Source: Eledone cirrhosa | Lineage: Eukaryota | Reading direction: 5' to 3' | DNA: 64,000 nucleotides | NCBI GenBank assembly: GCA_964016885.1 | Contig: OZ024766.1 | Span: forward strand, 9,796,001 to 9,860,000 | Shown here: in pieces, positions 14,135 through 28,358 of the stretch | Layout: each line of letters starts with the position of its first letter | Numbering within the stretch: the stretch's first letter is position 1 | Notes under the pieces: model-generated | The model's database searches: none | Seen by the model: only the letters and a program-made list of their open reading frames with translations | What the model was told of the DNA's origin: nothing | Translations under genes and position numbers: made by a program

Positions 14135-16448
14135 TGTCTGAGGCGGGTAAAATTCTCGAGATCCATCTACGAGTTCTCTCCAGCGGTCTCTGTCCCTCAT
14201 TATCGCTGCCATGTCCTGCATCCCCAACAGACCAGTGTCTGTCCTTAGGGCATCAACATACGTTAACCTTGGTCTTCCTCTTCTAGTGTGTCCATGTAGG
14301 GGCTCCCAAAGGAGCACTGAGTGCAATGTCAACTCTGGATGTCGGTGAGCATGTCCAGCCAACCTCAGTCTCCTCTGTGTCACTTTTGAGCTGACTTTTG
14401 GGATGCTCCCATACAGCTCTGAGTTTTTCATCCTCAGTGTATACTGATTAATGTTCAGAGCCATCCTCAGCATTCTCGTGTAGCACCCATCCACCATCTG
14501 AGTGAGTTTCTTGGTCAGTGTCCAAGTCTCAGACCCATACAGCAGCACAGACTCCACTACAGCAATGAAGAGGCGGATTTTCAGGTCTCTACGACGGTCC
14601 GACTTCCACACCGATATCAAGCTGTGGCACGCCGCCCAGGCTTTGCTCTTCCTCTCAACCACATCATCCTCCGTATTCCCAATCCTTGCTCCCAAATACA
14701 GGAAGTCCTCAACCAATTCCAGCGGCTTCCCGCCTACATTAGTGATCCCCTCTGGCTTCTCAACATTCTCTACCAGATATTTTGTTTTAGTCTCATTCAT
14801 TCTCAGCCCCACACTCATCGACACAGTCTCAACCTCCCGCATCAAATCCTCTGCCTCCTTCACGGTATTTGTCACCAAAACTATGTCGTCGGCAAATTCA
14901 GCATCCGATACCTTTTTCGCCCTAACTCTCCTGCTCTGAGCCGGTGCTACAGTAAAGCCAGAGTCCTGGTGTTTTTCCAGTGCAAGGCGCATACAATAGT
15001 CCACTACAATGATAAAAAGGTAGGGAGCCAATGTATCTCCCTGGAGCACTCCAGCCAGTATCTCAAAGAACTCTGTCATCCCATCAGGTGTAATGACTTG
15101 AGCTTTGGTGTTGGTGTAGAGCAGTGATATCAGGTCCACTATCTTCTTGGGGATTCCATAAGCCTGTAAGATCTTCATCAGGCAGTAACGGTCCACAGAA
15201 TCAAAGGCCTTCCTAAAGTCAATGAAAACCATGACCGCAGGAAGGCACTTTGCTCTAGCTCCCTCTAATATCCTCCTCAGCATCAGGATGTGACTGGTGG
15301 TTGATCTACCCTCTCTGAAGCCGTTCTGGTTGTCCCTGAGCTTCTTCTCCATCTCAGGCTGGATCCTGTTAAGAATCATCCTGTTGAGGGTCTTTGCCAC
15401 AAGTGACATCAGTGAGATCCCCCGGTAGTTGTTGGTGTTAGAGAGATCTCCCTTCTTTGGCACTGGGACGATGTTACTGATTCGAGGCAACTCCTTTCTC
15501 CAGTGCCCCGTTACAGAACCCCAGGATGATATCATCAAAATCACACCTCTTCATCACCTCTGATGCTTCTCCATGAGCCTTGCCCTCCTTGATCCTCTTC
15601 TTGGCTCTCTGAAGCTCCTCTCTGGTGAAGGGCTCTGTCTCAACATCCAGTTCCTCAAACAGTCGCCTGATCTCCCCAGTGCTCCGGGCTGTGGAGGGTG
15701 GCTCTCCTAGTAGGGTCCTAAAATGGTCTAGCCATTTCCTCTTCCTATCCTCGGGCCCCGTTCCCTGGATCTGACTCGAACACCTTCTCTTCCTCCCTGT
15801 GATCTCGTTGATGATCATCCAGCTCTCCTTACATCCAGATCTGTCAACCGCTCTCTCCACACTTCTGATCTTCTCTATCAGTGCCTCCTCTCTGACCTCA
15901 GTGTAAGCGGTACAGAGCTCTTCCCTCATCACCTCCACAGTCTCCATCCTCTCCTCCGTAGGATCAGCATAGAATTGGTCCCTGGCAGCTTTCAGGTGTT
16001 CTCTGGCTGCACACACTTTTGGGTTTGCAGAGCTGACGTGCTTCCCTTTATTCTTTTTCCTCGGCACCAGGGTTTCACTTGCTTCCGCCACTGCATTGGT
16101 GAAGTGCCCGTACCTCCTCGTCACACTCTCCTCAGTCCATCCAATCTCTCTCTCCTATGACTCTCCACACAGAGCACTGAACCTGTTTCTCACTTCCACT
16201 GTGAACCTCTCCTGTAGCTTATCATCTTCCTTGAAAGCTCCCCAGTCATAGATTGTTCTCCGGGGCTGAGCCTTGCTCTTTCTTAAGCTCACGCGGACCT
16301 CACTCATAACAAGCCGGTGGTCACTACCCAGTGTACTGAAATAGCTGTATGGTTCCGTGTTCAGAACACTATTCCGCCACTTTTTCCTCACCAGAATGAA
16401 ATCAATCTGGGACTTAGACAGGTGCATATCTGAGATGTAGGTCCACAT
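14135..16448 (-). mobile_element. 5'-truncated RTE-clade LINE (end of APE endonuclease plus reverse transcriptase), frameshifted
   Basis: ORFs 16155-16448 (SQIDFIL..SDHRLV), 15474-16124 and 14120-15544 ([54 protein letters not shown]). Confidence 0.93.
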
Positions 16449-18473
16449 CTGTAAGAAAGATGAAATAAGAAAAACTATGAACAGTCATTTATGTACATTG
16501 TCAATAAAAAAATTTAACTTTCTAAAATTCTTCCAGCTTTGTCTTTTACTATAATATATATATAAATACACATAAAGATATATATGTATTTAGATACTTA
16601 GAACTTTATAAAATTCTTACAATATATATATATATACGCGTATAAATATTTACATGCGTATATATATAGTGAAATTCCGTTAAAAATTATATATGTACAT
16701 ATATATATACAGAAACAAGGAAACCTGTTCTGACGTTTGTCAAATATTTCTTATTAAAACTACTTTTAGGTAATAGAGATGTGGTCCGGGCGCCATCAGA
16801 GAGCGGCCAATACTTTGGCAGGTTGCCGCTAGAGAAGGTGTCACAACATACCCATATGAAGGGCCTACCCCCGCGATGATTGTCAAGCTGGGAAGGGAAG
16901 CCTGGTGACAAGCACTTTAAGTTCACAGATAAGGGAAAGCCAGAAGTGGAGTTGAGAGGACAATTGAAAACATGCCAGTGTTTAAAAAGAAACTAAGAAT
17001 GTTGAAGTGTCTAAAAAATATGAAGTGTTTTAAAACATAATTGTTTCTACCTGAGGCACAAGGCCAGCAATTACCCAGTTCATTACTGGTACTTTATTTT
17101 ATCGACCCCGTAAGGATGAAAGGCAAAGTCAACCTCGGCGGGATTTGAACTCAGATCGTAAAGGGACGTAACTATGCTGGAAAGCATGGCGTCCGACCCT
17201 CTACTGATACTGCCTGTAAGTGAGGTGTCTAAAAAGAAAGAAACCAAGAATGTATATGAAGTGTCCAAAAACATCTATCTAGGGGCCTACCCTCGCGATG
17301 ATTGTCAAGCTCGCCGATCGAGCTGGGAAGGGAAACCTGGTGGCCAGCACCATAAGTCCACAGATTAGAGTAAACCCCGATGTGGGGTTGAGAGGACGAG
17401 AGATGGTGCTGGTCAAAATCTATATGAAATGTATTTTTTTGAAAGTGTCGGAAAACTAAGAATGTAAATAAAGTTTCAAAAATGAGAAACGAAAAAAAGA
17501 AAACATGCCAAGATGAAGGGCCTACCCCCCGCGATGAAGCCGCCCGATCGAGCAGGGAAGGGGAGCCTGGTGGCCAGGACCTTAAGTGCACGACAGTGGG
17601 ATTTGTGAGGTTCACAGATTAGGGAAAACCCCGATGTGGGGTTGAGAGGACGAGAGAAGACATACCAGATGGTGGTCCAAGTGTTTAAAGAGAAAGTAAG
17701 AATGTAGAAGTGTCTAAAAAAAAAAGAAAAGAAACCAAGAATGTATATAAATTGTCCCACAACATTTATCTAAGAGCTGGGAATGGAAGCCTGGTGTCCA
17801 GCACCTTACATCCACGACAGTGGGATTTGTGAGGTTCACAGATTAGGGGTTGAGACGACGAGCGAAAACATGCCAGTGTTTAAAAAGATGATTTGTTCAA
17901 AATACATTTTTTAAAAAACTCAGAACTTCTAACACAACAATTGATAGACTTTAATAACGATCTTGAAAGAAACCTGAAAAGTCCACCATACGATTTCATA
18001 AAGTCCACTGAGGTGCATAGTGGACTTACAGTCATAATGTTGTGGGTTCGATTCCCAGACAGATATATATATAGAGATAACAGAATGTATCTGTAGGTGT
18101 GTGTGGAGTTATATATCTGAGAACAGTGTCGAGATGGCTTAGTTTAGTTTCATAGAAGAGGTAACTAAATGTATATACCTTTATGTGTGTATATATATAT
18201 ATATATAAACTATCGTTTAAATAATTATTCCTGACAAAATGGAGGGAAATAAAGAGAAAATGTTTCAATAAAACTCTTCAACATGAAATAAAACTTTACT
18301 TTACCTCAAGAAAAATGGTAAAATCCGAGTTTTTAACGTTTTTTTCATTCAGCTTAGAAAACATCGACTTTTTCCAGCGGCCATTTTAGTTTTACTAAAC
18401 AGAGGTACTTCAATTACGCATGCGCAGAAATTTCGAACATCAAAGCGCATGCGCGACGTTTTTATTCATTTAT
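16446..18473. repeat. ~2-kb duplicated unit, copy A'
   Basis: Collinear with 11948-14130. Confidence 0.9.
18377..18453 (-). promoter_or_regulatory. Duplicate of the NRF1/YY1-like putative promoter
   Basis: Same motifs retained in copy A'; donor at 18304. Confidence 0.5.
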
Positions 18474-18659
18474 ATACAAATATATACGGGTTTTTATATA
18501 TATCTACACAAGTCTATTTGTATACACACACCCATATATATACACACATACATACCCAAACATATATATATATATATACACACTGACATATATATATATA
18601 TATGTGTGTTTGTATGGACCTATAAACATACATGTAAATCAATATAAATATATATATAT

Positions 18660-19735
18660 CATCATCGTTTTTACGGATGCTTTTACAAGCTTGGATGAGT
18701 TAGACAGGTCCCCCACTCTGCATCTTCCTTCGTCATCTCCTCTGTGAGTCTCAAGTATTTGAGGTCAGCTCTGAACACCTCTAGCCAGGTCTTTCTCAGT
18801 CTACTGAGGCTTCCTTCCTCTGACATTGCTTCTCCCAGCAATCATTATACATACACATCACATGTCCATACCAGTGCAGTCTTCTCTCCAACACATACCA
18901 CCTCGGATTCCTCTTAAACCCAGTTTCTCATTCAACTTGTACAAGTTCTGCCTTGGCACATCCAATGGAGCATGGTTGCTTCATTTCTCTCAGCCCATGT
19001 AGCACCACACTTTACATACAGGTGTCATACAGACATCTGTTATAGCCTGAAGGGCAATAATAAATAAAGGACAGAGCCTTGATGAACACTAAATTCTTCA
19101 CTATATTCATTGTTAATTCTAACCTTACTGACTGTTTCATTATACATAGCTTGTATAGCTCTCACAAACCATTCATCTACACCTACTTTTCTAAGAGCCC
19201 ACCAGATAATGGAGTGGGGGACTCTGTCAAAGGATTTCTCCAGATCTACTAAAGCTAAGTAGATGGGTTTACTTTTAGCTAGGTACTTTTCCTGTAGTTG
19301 TCGTACAAGGAAAAAGAGCATCTGTGGTACTTTTACCTGACACAACCCAAACTGCATTTCATCTAGATCAATTCGCTCTCTGATTAGTTGTGCTATAACT
19401 CTTTGTGACCTTCATGACCTGGTCAACTAACTTAATGCGTCTATAGTTTCCCTTATCTAGAGCATCCCCTTTACCCTTGTAGCAGTTAATGATCATGCTG
19501 CTATGCCATTCTTTTGGTATGACCCCGTTCTGTATTACTTGGTTAACTATACGGGTGACCATAGTGTGTCCCACCGATTCAGATGCCTTTAACATCTCAG
19601 CACCTATCTCCGAAGGTCCAGCTGCTTTACCTGTCTTCATATCTTTGATTGCCTTACTTATTATACTATACCGCTGGTCCTTCTATTGGATCGATTTGGG
19701 GCAGACTATTTTTTTTCCATTTATTCTCCTCATTT
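18660..19735 (-). mobile_element. Degraded RTE-clade LINE fragment (second family)
   Basis: KAAGP..I.AEMLK, KGKGDALD.GNYR.IKL, LVRQLQEKY, VDLEKSFDRVP in broken ORFs; (ATG)n-like tail. Confidence 0.85.
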
Positions 19736-20553
19736 AGACAAATATATATATATATATATTGTTATACTTTGGGAGGGTCATGTTGCCAATAAGAAACACA
19801 CGCACCAGTTGCTTTCACTTCAATTTAATTTATTATATATTTATAAATTTACAAATTTATAAATTTCTGGTTGGTTGGTTCCACAACCAGATAGTTGTTT
19901 ATATATATATAGTCATAGTTCTTTCGTCACACACTCTGTGACCTCTTCAGTGACTGGGGATTTCTTTCTTCGTTTCTGTGCCTTTCCTTTCTTCTATCCT
20001 ACGCCATTTTGTTGACATGACCCTCCCAAAGTATAACAATATCGGTTTCAACACACGATTTCAGATAAAGAATCTTGCTAAACAAATTCAGAAACGATAT
20101 ATATATATATACTGTAGTAAAAGTTTGGTTGAAATACCAAGGGTTAGAGCACTCAGTCCTAAGGATGAGCCGAATATAGTTGTAACTAATCATATATATA
20201 TATATATATATATTGTTATACTTGGGGAGGGTCATATTGTTGTAATATTGCCAGAAATAATAACAAAACACATTCACTGTTTGGTTGGTTTTCGCTTCTG
20301 TATCTTTTATATCTATCTATATATATATATATATATAGTTCGTTTCTGAATTTGTTTAGCAAGATTCTTTATCTGAAATCGTGTGTTGAAACCGATATTG
20401 TTATACTTTGGGAGGGTCATGTTGCCAATAAGAAACACACGCACCAGTTGCTTTCACTTCAATTTAATTTAATATATATTTATAAATTTACAAATTTATA
20501 AATTTCTGGTTGGTTGGTTGGTTCCACAACCAGATAGTTGTTTATATATATAT

Positions 20554-20598
20554 AGTCATAGTTCTTTCGTCACACACTCTGTGACCTCTTCAGTGACT
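20554..20598 (-). ncRNA. Minimal type I hammerhead-like ribozyme
   Basis: Minus strand agtca-ctgaaga-g-gtcaca gagtg tgtgac-gaaa-gaac-ta-tgact; copies at 19911-19955(-) and 53542-53585(+). Confidence 0.62.
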
Positions 20599-21253
20599 GG
20601 GGATTTCTTTCTTCGTTTCTGTGCCTTTCCTTTCTTTTATCCTACGCCATTTTGTTTGTGTGTGGGTTGCGTGCTCAGTTTGCGCATGCGCCACATCCGG
20701 TGCGTGTGTTTCTTATTGGCAACATGACCCTCCCAAAGTATAACAATATATATATAGTATTTTACAGGTTTTTATTGTATGTAAACTTCCCCCTTTATAT
20801 TTGTCCCCTTCTTTTGTGACCCTGTGGCTAATAAAGATGAATCAAAACATCAAATATGTTTAGAATTTTGTGTTTTGGTATATATACAATATACCGTGTT
20901 TCTTTTACAATATAAGGCTCCTTCTATCTATATATAAACACACATATATTTATATAAAGGAACGATCGACTTTCGTCAAATCGGACCGAGGGAACAATGT
21001 TTCCGTTGGTCTTTCCAATTGCTAATACTATCTATCGGTCGCAACGTGAAATAAAGTGTCTTGCTCAAGGACATAACGCATCGCCTGGTCCAGGAATCTA
21101 ACTCACAACCTTACGATTGCGAATCCAATTCCCTAACCACTCAGCCACACGCCTTCACGTGTATATATATATATACACACACATATATATACCTATAATG
21201 TAAACTGCTAAATGTTCAAGTGAACTGGAATATATTTGTTTTAACCTTTATAT

Positions 21254-21298
21254 GCTCTGATGACACCAGAGTTCTATCTTGATGAAACAACTGTAAGC
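21254..21298 (+). ncRNA. Degenerate minimal hammerhead ribozyme
   Basis: gct-ctgatga-caccaga gttcta tcttgat-gaaac aact gta-agc. Confidence 0.55.
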
Positions 21299-21616
21299 TA
21301 TTAATTATTTTCAACACAATTTGCTTGTTATCTATATTGTATTCCTGCTCTGTAATATATCTGATATTTTACATTGAGCTACTTTCTTACTGATAATCAA
21401 GTAACATATAATATTCTCCTTATCTTATATATATTTTTATATATAAAACAGAGTGGGATTGGTCGAGTGCAAGACCTTTCCCCACTTAAAAACCTTCAAA
21501 GCTCAGGCATTGTTTGTTCAAGATATGTTACAGGTTTGTGTGGCTGGCCGTAGTCTAAAAGTGCACCAAACTCTATAATCTGACAAGCAATTGCAATACT
21601 CTTAGCAGAGTTTGCA

Positions 21617-21654
<38 letters not shown>

Positions 21655-21838
21655 AAGTATGACCCCAACGGCAGAGCTCAAGCCGTTTCGACGGGTATTT
21701 CTAGACAAGAAGTGGTCTAGAAATAGCCGTTGAAACGGCTTGATCTCTGTCGTCGGGGTCATACTCTTTCCTATTACCCTAAGTATTGAGTACTCTGCTG
21801 CGTTATGGTCCATCTGGTTCCTTACCACAATTCCTTCG

Positions 21839-21882
<44 letters not shown>

Positions 21883-21952
21883 TGCAAACTCTGTTAAAAG
21901 TATTGCAATCGTTTGTCAGATTGTAGATATATATAAAACAAACTTATATATA

Positions 21953-22420
21953 TATCATCATCATCATTATTTTACATCCGCTTTTCCCTGCTTGCAAGGG
22001 TTGGACGGGTCCTATTCAGCACAGCATCTCTCCGCTTGTCACGGTCCTTCGTCATCTGCTCGGTGAGATTCAGCGATCTCAGGTCCGCTCTCACCACGTC
22101 CGCCCATGTTTTACGTGGTCTACCTCTACTGCGTCTTCCATCTACTGGGATTTCCTGGCACTTCTTTACCCAGCGGTCATCCTCCATGCACATCACATGT
22201 CCATACCATCTCAGTCTTCTCTCCTGCACACCACAACTTATCTCTCTTATACCCAGTTTCTCTCTCTCACCACCTCCGCCCATGTTTTTTGTGGTCTTCC
22301 TCTACTGCGTCTTCCATCTACTGGGATTTCCTGGCAGTCTTTACCCAGCGGTCATCCTCCATGCGCATCACATGTCCATACCATCTCAGTCTTCTCTCCA
22401 GCACACTATAACTTATCCCT
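21953..22420 (-). mobile_element. RTE LINE 3' end with an internal tandem duplication
   Basis: [22 protein letters not shown]; 22090-22262 repeated at 22263-22420. Confidence 0.82.
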
Positions 22421-23192
22421 CTTATATATATATATGTATATATACATAGAACTTTAGAAGTTGTCTTACAAGGAAGGGTTCCATATCGCATGACAGTTTA
22501 AGATTTGATTGCAAGTCTAAATATGCGAGACATGTTGAGTGAGGCAACTGCGGTTTGCAGTATGTGCAACAGACGTCTCAAAAAGCTACAAATAATAATA
22601 ATATTAGCATTCTTTATTTTATAACAACTATGTAATATGATAGCTGCGATTTGATAGCATCTGTCTTCTCCATTTGGCGGAGGTTCCGGTCTAGTTATGT
22701 ATGTCAACTCTGGGAAGGATTGGTAGACCATGTGATTTAGTGAATTTGGAGGGTTGGGCCCTGTGTAGTGGGTACAGGTTAGGGTTAGGTTTAGAGGGTT
22801 AATAGATCGACTGGAGTATACACACACACAGCCTCACCAAGCAGGTTTGGTGGGGTTGCCACTTTAATTGCCGATGACGTGACCACGAGACAGGTTGTAC
22901 TGGGTTACATGTCACCAGGAGCACTGAACAACAGCCTGACATTATATATGTATATATAGACAAATGTATATATATATATATATATAGACAAATGTATATA
23001 TATATATATATATAGACAAATGTATATATATATATATATATAGACAAATGTATATATATATATATAGACAAATGTATATATATATATATAGACAAATGTA
23101 TATATATATATAATATAGACAAATGTATATATATAGAGAGAGAGAGAAATGTATATATATATATAGAGAAATATATATATATATATAGAGAA

Positions 23193-23287
<95 letters not shown>

Positions 23288-23609
23288 AATGAATATATAT
23301 ATGTATATAGACAAATGTGTATATATATATATATATAGACAAATGTATAGATATATATCTAGACAAATGTATATATATATATATATATATATAGACAAAT
23401 GTATATATATATATATATATAGACAAATGTATATATATATAGACAAATGTGTATATATATATATAATATAGACAAATGTATAACCTCATTTATTTAGGAC
23501 TGGATGTTGTGGTACCAAGATAGCTTTACAGAGAAAGGGGTGGTGTAGATGGGGGTGGGGGTAGGGTTAGACAAATGTATATCCATATATAATATAGACA
23601 AATGTATAT

Positions 23610-23955
23610 CATCATCATCATCATCATTTCATTTTACGTCCACTTTTCCCTACTTGCAGGGGTGGGACGGGAACTGATTCTGGCTTGATTTCTACAGCTG
23701 GATGCCCTTCCTAACACCAACCTCATTTACAGTGAGTGCTGGGTGCTTTTTTGCCGTGGCACCTCCACGACCACTTTGCAGTGGAATGATAGGGACCCCA
23801 GTCCCTATCATCTCATTTCTACAGCTGAGTAAACTGGAGCAATGTGAAATAAAGTGTCTTGCTCAAGTACACAACACATCACCCGGCCTGAGAATTGAAC
23901 TCACAACCTTTCGATTGCAAGCCCAATGCTCTAACCACTAAGTCATGTGCCTCCA
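23610..23955 (-). mobile_element. tRNA-derived SINE (same family)
   Basis: Reverse complement of 34426-34757. Confidence 0.88.
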
Positions 23956-24989
23956 TATACATATATGATAATGTGTTTGGCGCTGGGAAGGGCATCTGGC
24001 CATAGAAAATCAGCCAGAAACATTCCTACACGAGTGATATATGGTGACCCGACCAAACTTGCCTCAAATGGGACAAACTCGTCGAACCCATGCTAGCGTG
24101 AAAGATGACCGTTAAAAGATGATGATGTGTGTGACACAGAGGAAAAAGAGAAAGGGGATGGAAACAAATGCTGTTTCCATCCCCTTTCTATTTAAAAGGG
24201 GAATAAAAAATAAACAACATTTTTTCAAAGTTTATTATTATAAAAAAAAAGGGGGGAGGGGGGTTCACTAAATTATCAGACTCATTGGATGTGACGGACA
24301 AACCCCTTATCTGGGACCCCACAGGTTGTGACATCTTCTCAACCTTCAACTTAGGACAAGATCCTACTTAACGAGTGAGGTGGACCGAGGAAACAATGTT
24401 TCCGTTTGTCTTTCCAATTGCTAATACTATCTATCGGTCGCAACTCCAGGTAGAAGGAGCAACGTGAAATAAAGTGTCTTGCTCAAGGACATAACGCATC
24501 GCCTGGTCCAGGAATCAAACTCACAACCTTACGATTGCGAATCCAGTTCTCTAACCACTCAGCTATACTTGATATGTATGTGTGTATGTGTGTGTGTGTG
24601 TGTATACTGGGGTACTGAAAAGTTCCTGGTTTAATAATAATAATGAAATTGTGTACAGTGCTCAGGTGCACTACAACTCATCAAAGGTGCATGTATAGTA
24701 CATAGGGTAATGTACAAATGTCAGGAAAGTGAACAGTGTATGAGTCATGATATACACAAGACACATATATACATGTATGGAGGTGGGATATCAGGTGTAG
24801 TGTTGGTGAATCTCAGGAAGCATGGAGGTTTTAAAGGATGCAGTGTCTCGACAGCTAACAACTGATGCAGGTAGTTTGTTCCATGGAGGTTTTAAAGGAT
24901 GCAGTGTCTCGACAGCTAACAACTGATGCAGGTAGTTTGTTCCATGGAAGTTCTAAAGGATGCAGTGTCTCAGCAGCTAACAACTGATG

Positions 24990-26198
24990 TAGTGGGTGCT
25001 TTTTGTCATGACACCTACATGACCACTTTACAGTGTGGACTGGGTGTTTTTTGTTGTGACACCTACACGACCACTTTACAGTGTGGACTGGGTGTTTTTT
25101 GTTGTGACACCTACACGACCACTTTACAGTGTGGACTGGGTGCTTTTTGTTGTGACACCTACACGACCACTTTACAGTGTGGACTGGGTGTTTTTTGTTG
25201 TGACACCTACATGACCACTTTACAGTGGGGACTGGGTGCTTTTTGTTGTGACACCTACATGACCACTTTACAGTGTGGACTGGGTGCTTTTTGTTGTGAC
25301 ACCTACATGACCACTTTACAGTGGGGACTGGGTGCTTTTTGTTGTGACACCTACATGACCACTTTACAGTGGGGACTGGGTGTTTTTTGTTGTGACACCT
25401 ACATGACCACTTTACAGTGTGGACTGGGTACTTTTTGTTGTGACACCTACATGACCACTTTACAGTGGGGACTGGGTGTTTTTTGTTGTGACACCTACAT
25501 GACCATTTTACAGTGTGGACTGGGTGCTTTTTGTTGAGACACCTACATGACCACTTTACAGTGTGGACTGGGTGCTTTTTGTTGAGACACCTACATGACC
25601 ACTTTACAGTGGGGACTGGGTGTTTTTTGTTGTGACACCTACATGACCACTTTACAGTGGGGACTGGGTGTTTTTTGTTGTGACACCTACATGACCACTT
25701 TACAGTGTGGACTGGGTGCTTTTTGTTGTGACACCTACATGACCACTTTACAGTGTGGACTGGGTGTTTTTTGTTGTGACACCTACATGACCACTTTACA
25801 GTGTGGACTGGGTGCTTTTTGTTGTGACACCTACATGACCACTTTACAGTGTGGACTGGGTGTTTTTTGTTGTGACACCTACATGACCACTTTACAGTGT
25901 GGACTGGGTGCTTTTTGTTGTGACACCTACATGACCACTTTACAGTGTGGACTGGGTGTTTTTTGTTGTGACACCTACATGACCACTTTACAGTGTGGAC
26001 TGGGTGCTTTTTGTTGTGACACCTACATGACCACTTTACAGTGTGGACTGGGTGTTTTTTGTTGTGACACCTACATGACCACTTTACAGTGTGGACTGGG
26101 TGCTTTTTGTTGTGACACCTACATGACCACTTTACAGTGTGGACTGGGTGCTTTTTGCCATGACACCTACATGACCACTTTACAGTGGGGACTGGGTC
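24990..26198. repeat. 48-bp SINE-derived minisatellite, ~25 copies
   Basis: gggtgctttttgttgtgacacctacatgaccactttacagtgtggact, period 48. Confidence 0.95.
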
Positions 26199-26499
26199 AT
26201 TTGTTTTTTCCTTTATCCTTCCCCCCTCTGTTTAACCACTATTATCCCCCCCCCACATCTCCCTTCATCCCCCTACCACACCCTCCCTTCACCCCCCACA
26301 CACTCTCCCACTCCCTTCACCCCCCATTCTCCCTTCATCCCCCTACCACACCCTCCCTTCACCCCCCAATCACACACTCCCTTCACCCCCCCATTCTCCC
26401 TTCATCCCCCCACCACACACTCCCCTCTCGCTATCACACAATATCTATTCCCATACACTCTCTCTCATGTTATCCTCCCTACACTCTGTATCCCTCCCT

Positions 26500-27235
26500 C
26501 TCCAACCTCTCACATCACCCCTCTCTCTATAACCTCTATCCCTCCCCTCACCCCTCTCTCTATAAGCTCTATCCCTCTCCTACTCCCCCTCTCTCTATAA
26601 GCTCCATCCCTCTCTCTATAACCTCTATCCCTCTCCCATCACCCCTCTCTCTATAACCTCTATCCCTCTCCCATCACCCCTCGCTCTATAACCTCTATCC
26701 CTCTCCCATCACCCCTCTCTCTATAACCTCTATCCCTCTCCCATCACCCCTCTCTCTATAACCTCTATCCCTCTCCCATCACCCCTCTCTCTATAACCTC
26801 TATCCCTCTCCCATCACCCCTCGCTCTATAACCTCTATCCCTCTCCCATCACCCCTCTCTCTATAACCTCTATCCCTCTCCCATCACCCCTCTCTCTATA
26901 ACCTCTATCCCTCTCCCATCACCCCTCTCTCTATAAGCTCCATCCCTCTCCCACCACCCCTCGCTCTATAGCCTCTATCCCCCTCCCATCACCCCTCTCT
27001 CTCTATAACCTCTATCCCTCTCCCATCACCCCTCTCTCTATAAGCTCCATCCCTCTCCCACCACCCCTCGCTCTATAGCCTCTATCCCCCTCCCATCACC
27101 CCTCTCTCTCTATAACCTCTATCCCTCTCCCACCACCCCTCGCTCTATAGCCTCTATCCCCCTCCCATCACCCCTCTCTCTCTATAACCTCTATCCCTCT
27201 CCCACCACCCCTCGCTCTATAGCCTCTATCCCCCT
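26500..27235. repeat. 35-37-bp pyrimidine-rich tandem repeat
   Basis: ataacctctatccctctcccatcacccctctctct units. Confidence 0.9.
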
Positions 27236-28316
27236 CAGCCAGTCTCTCAACACAACACAGCTATATATACACCAACTGTAGTAGCAGCAACAACGATATT
27301 TACGTTAGCTGTGTGCGACCACCACCTTTCTACTACTACTACTACTACTACAACTACCACCACCACTACTACTACTAGCAATAACATAGCTACGGTTGAG
27401 AATTTTACCCCTGGGGCCTTGCATCGTCCATTCATGAAGGACATACCCACCACCAACAATATCACAGATACAGTCGAGAATTTTACCACGGGAGGGCTTA
27501 GATCGCATCTTAAGAAGCTACTCATCACCACCAACAACAAGGATAACAGAGATACGGTCGAGAATTGTACCCCTGGGGGGCCGCTTCGTCCACACACGAA
27601 GGACATACCCAGCACCACCGCCACTAACACAGATAAGAGTCGATATTTGTACCCCTGGGGGGCCGCTTCGTCCACATATGAAGGAGATGCCCAGCACCAC
27701 CGCCACCACTAAGACAGATACGGTCGAGAATGTTACCCCCGGGGTGCTGCTTCGACCGGGCCTGAACGACATACTCACCACCACCACCACTACCAACAAC
27801 AACACAGTTACGGTCGAGAATCTTACCCCTGGAGGGCTGCTTCGTCCACATATACCCAGCACCACCACCACCACCACCACCACCAACAACAACATCATCA
27901 ACAACAACACTACACGTATGTATACTTCCATACGAGATGCCCAGACACAATCTAGTCGTTTAAACACAGACACGAGTCCCACCAACTACTCAGACGAGCG
28001 GCAAGAAGAGAAAAAAGGTTTGTTTCTTTCTCTCTCAAACACTGAAAATTAAATCAAGAGGCTATGTAGCCGGTCAGAGTGTCAGACAATGTAGCCGGTA
28101 AGAGTGTCAGACATATTTGTTTCTTTCTCTCTCTATCTCTCTCAAAGCCCTGTTCGGATTTTAGTCTTCACATTAATTATTATTGTTATACGATCTGAGT
28201 TCAAATCCCGCCGAGGTTAACTTTGCCTTTCATCCTCACGGGGTCGATAAAATAAAGTACCAGTAATGTACTGGGGTAATTGCTGGCCTTGTGCCTAAAG
28301 TAGAAACATTTATTAT

Positions 28317-28358
<42 letters not shown>

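Noticed and set aside
22776-22800. Telomere-like ggttagggttagg
   Set aside because: Only about two units, within other sequence; expected by chance
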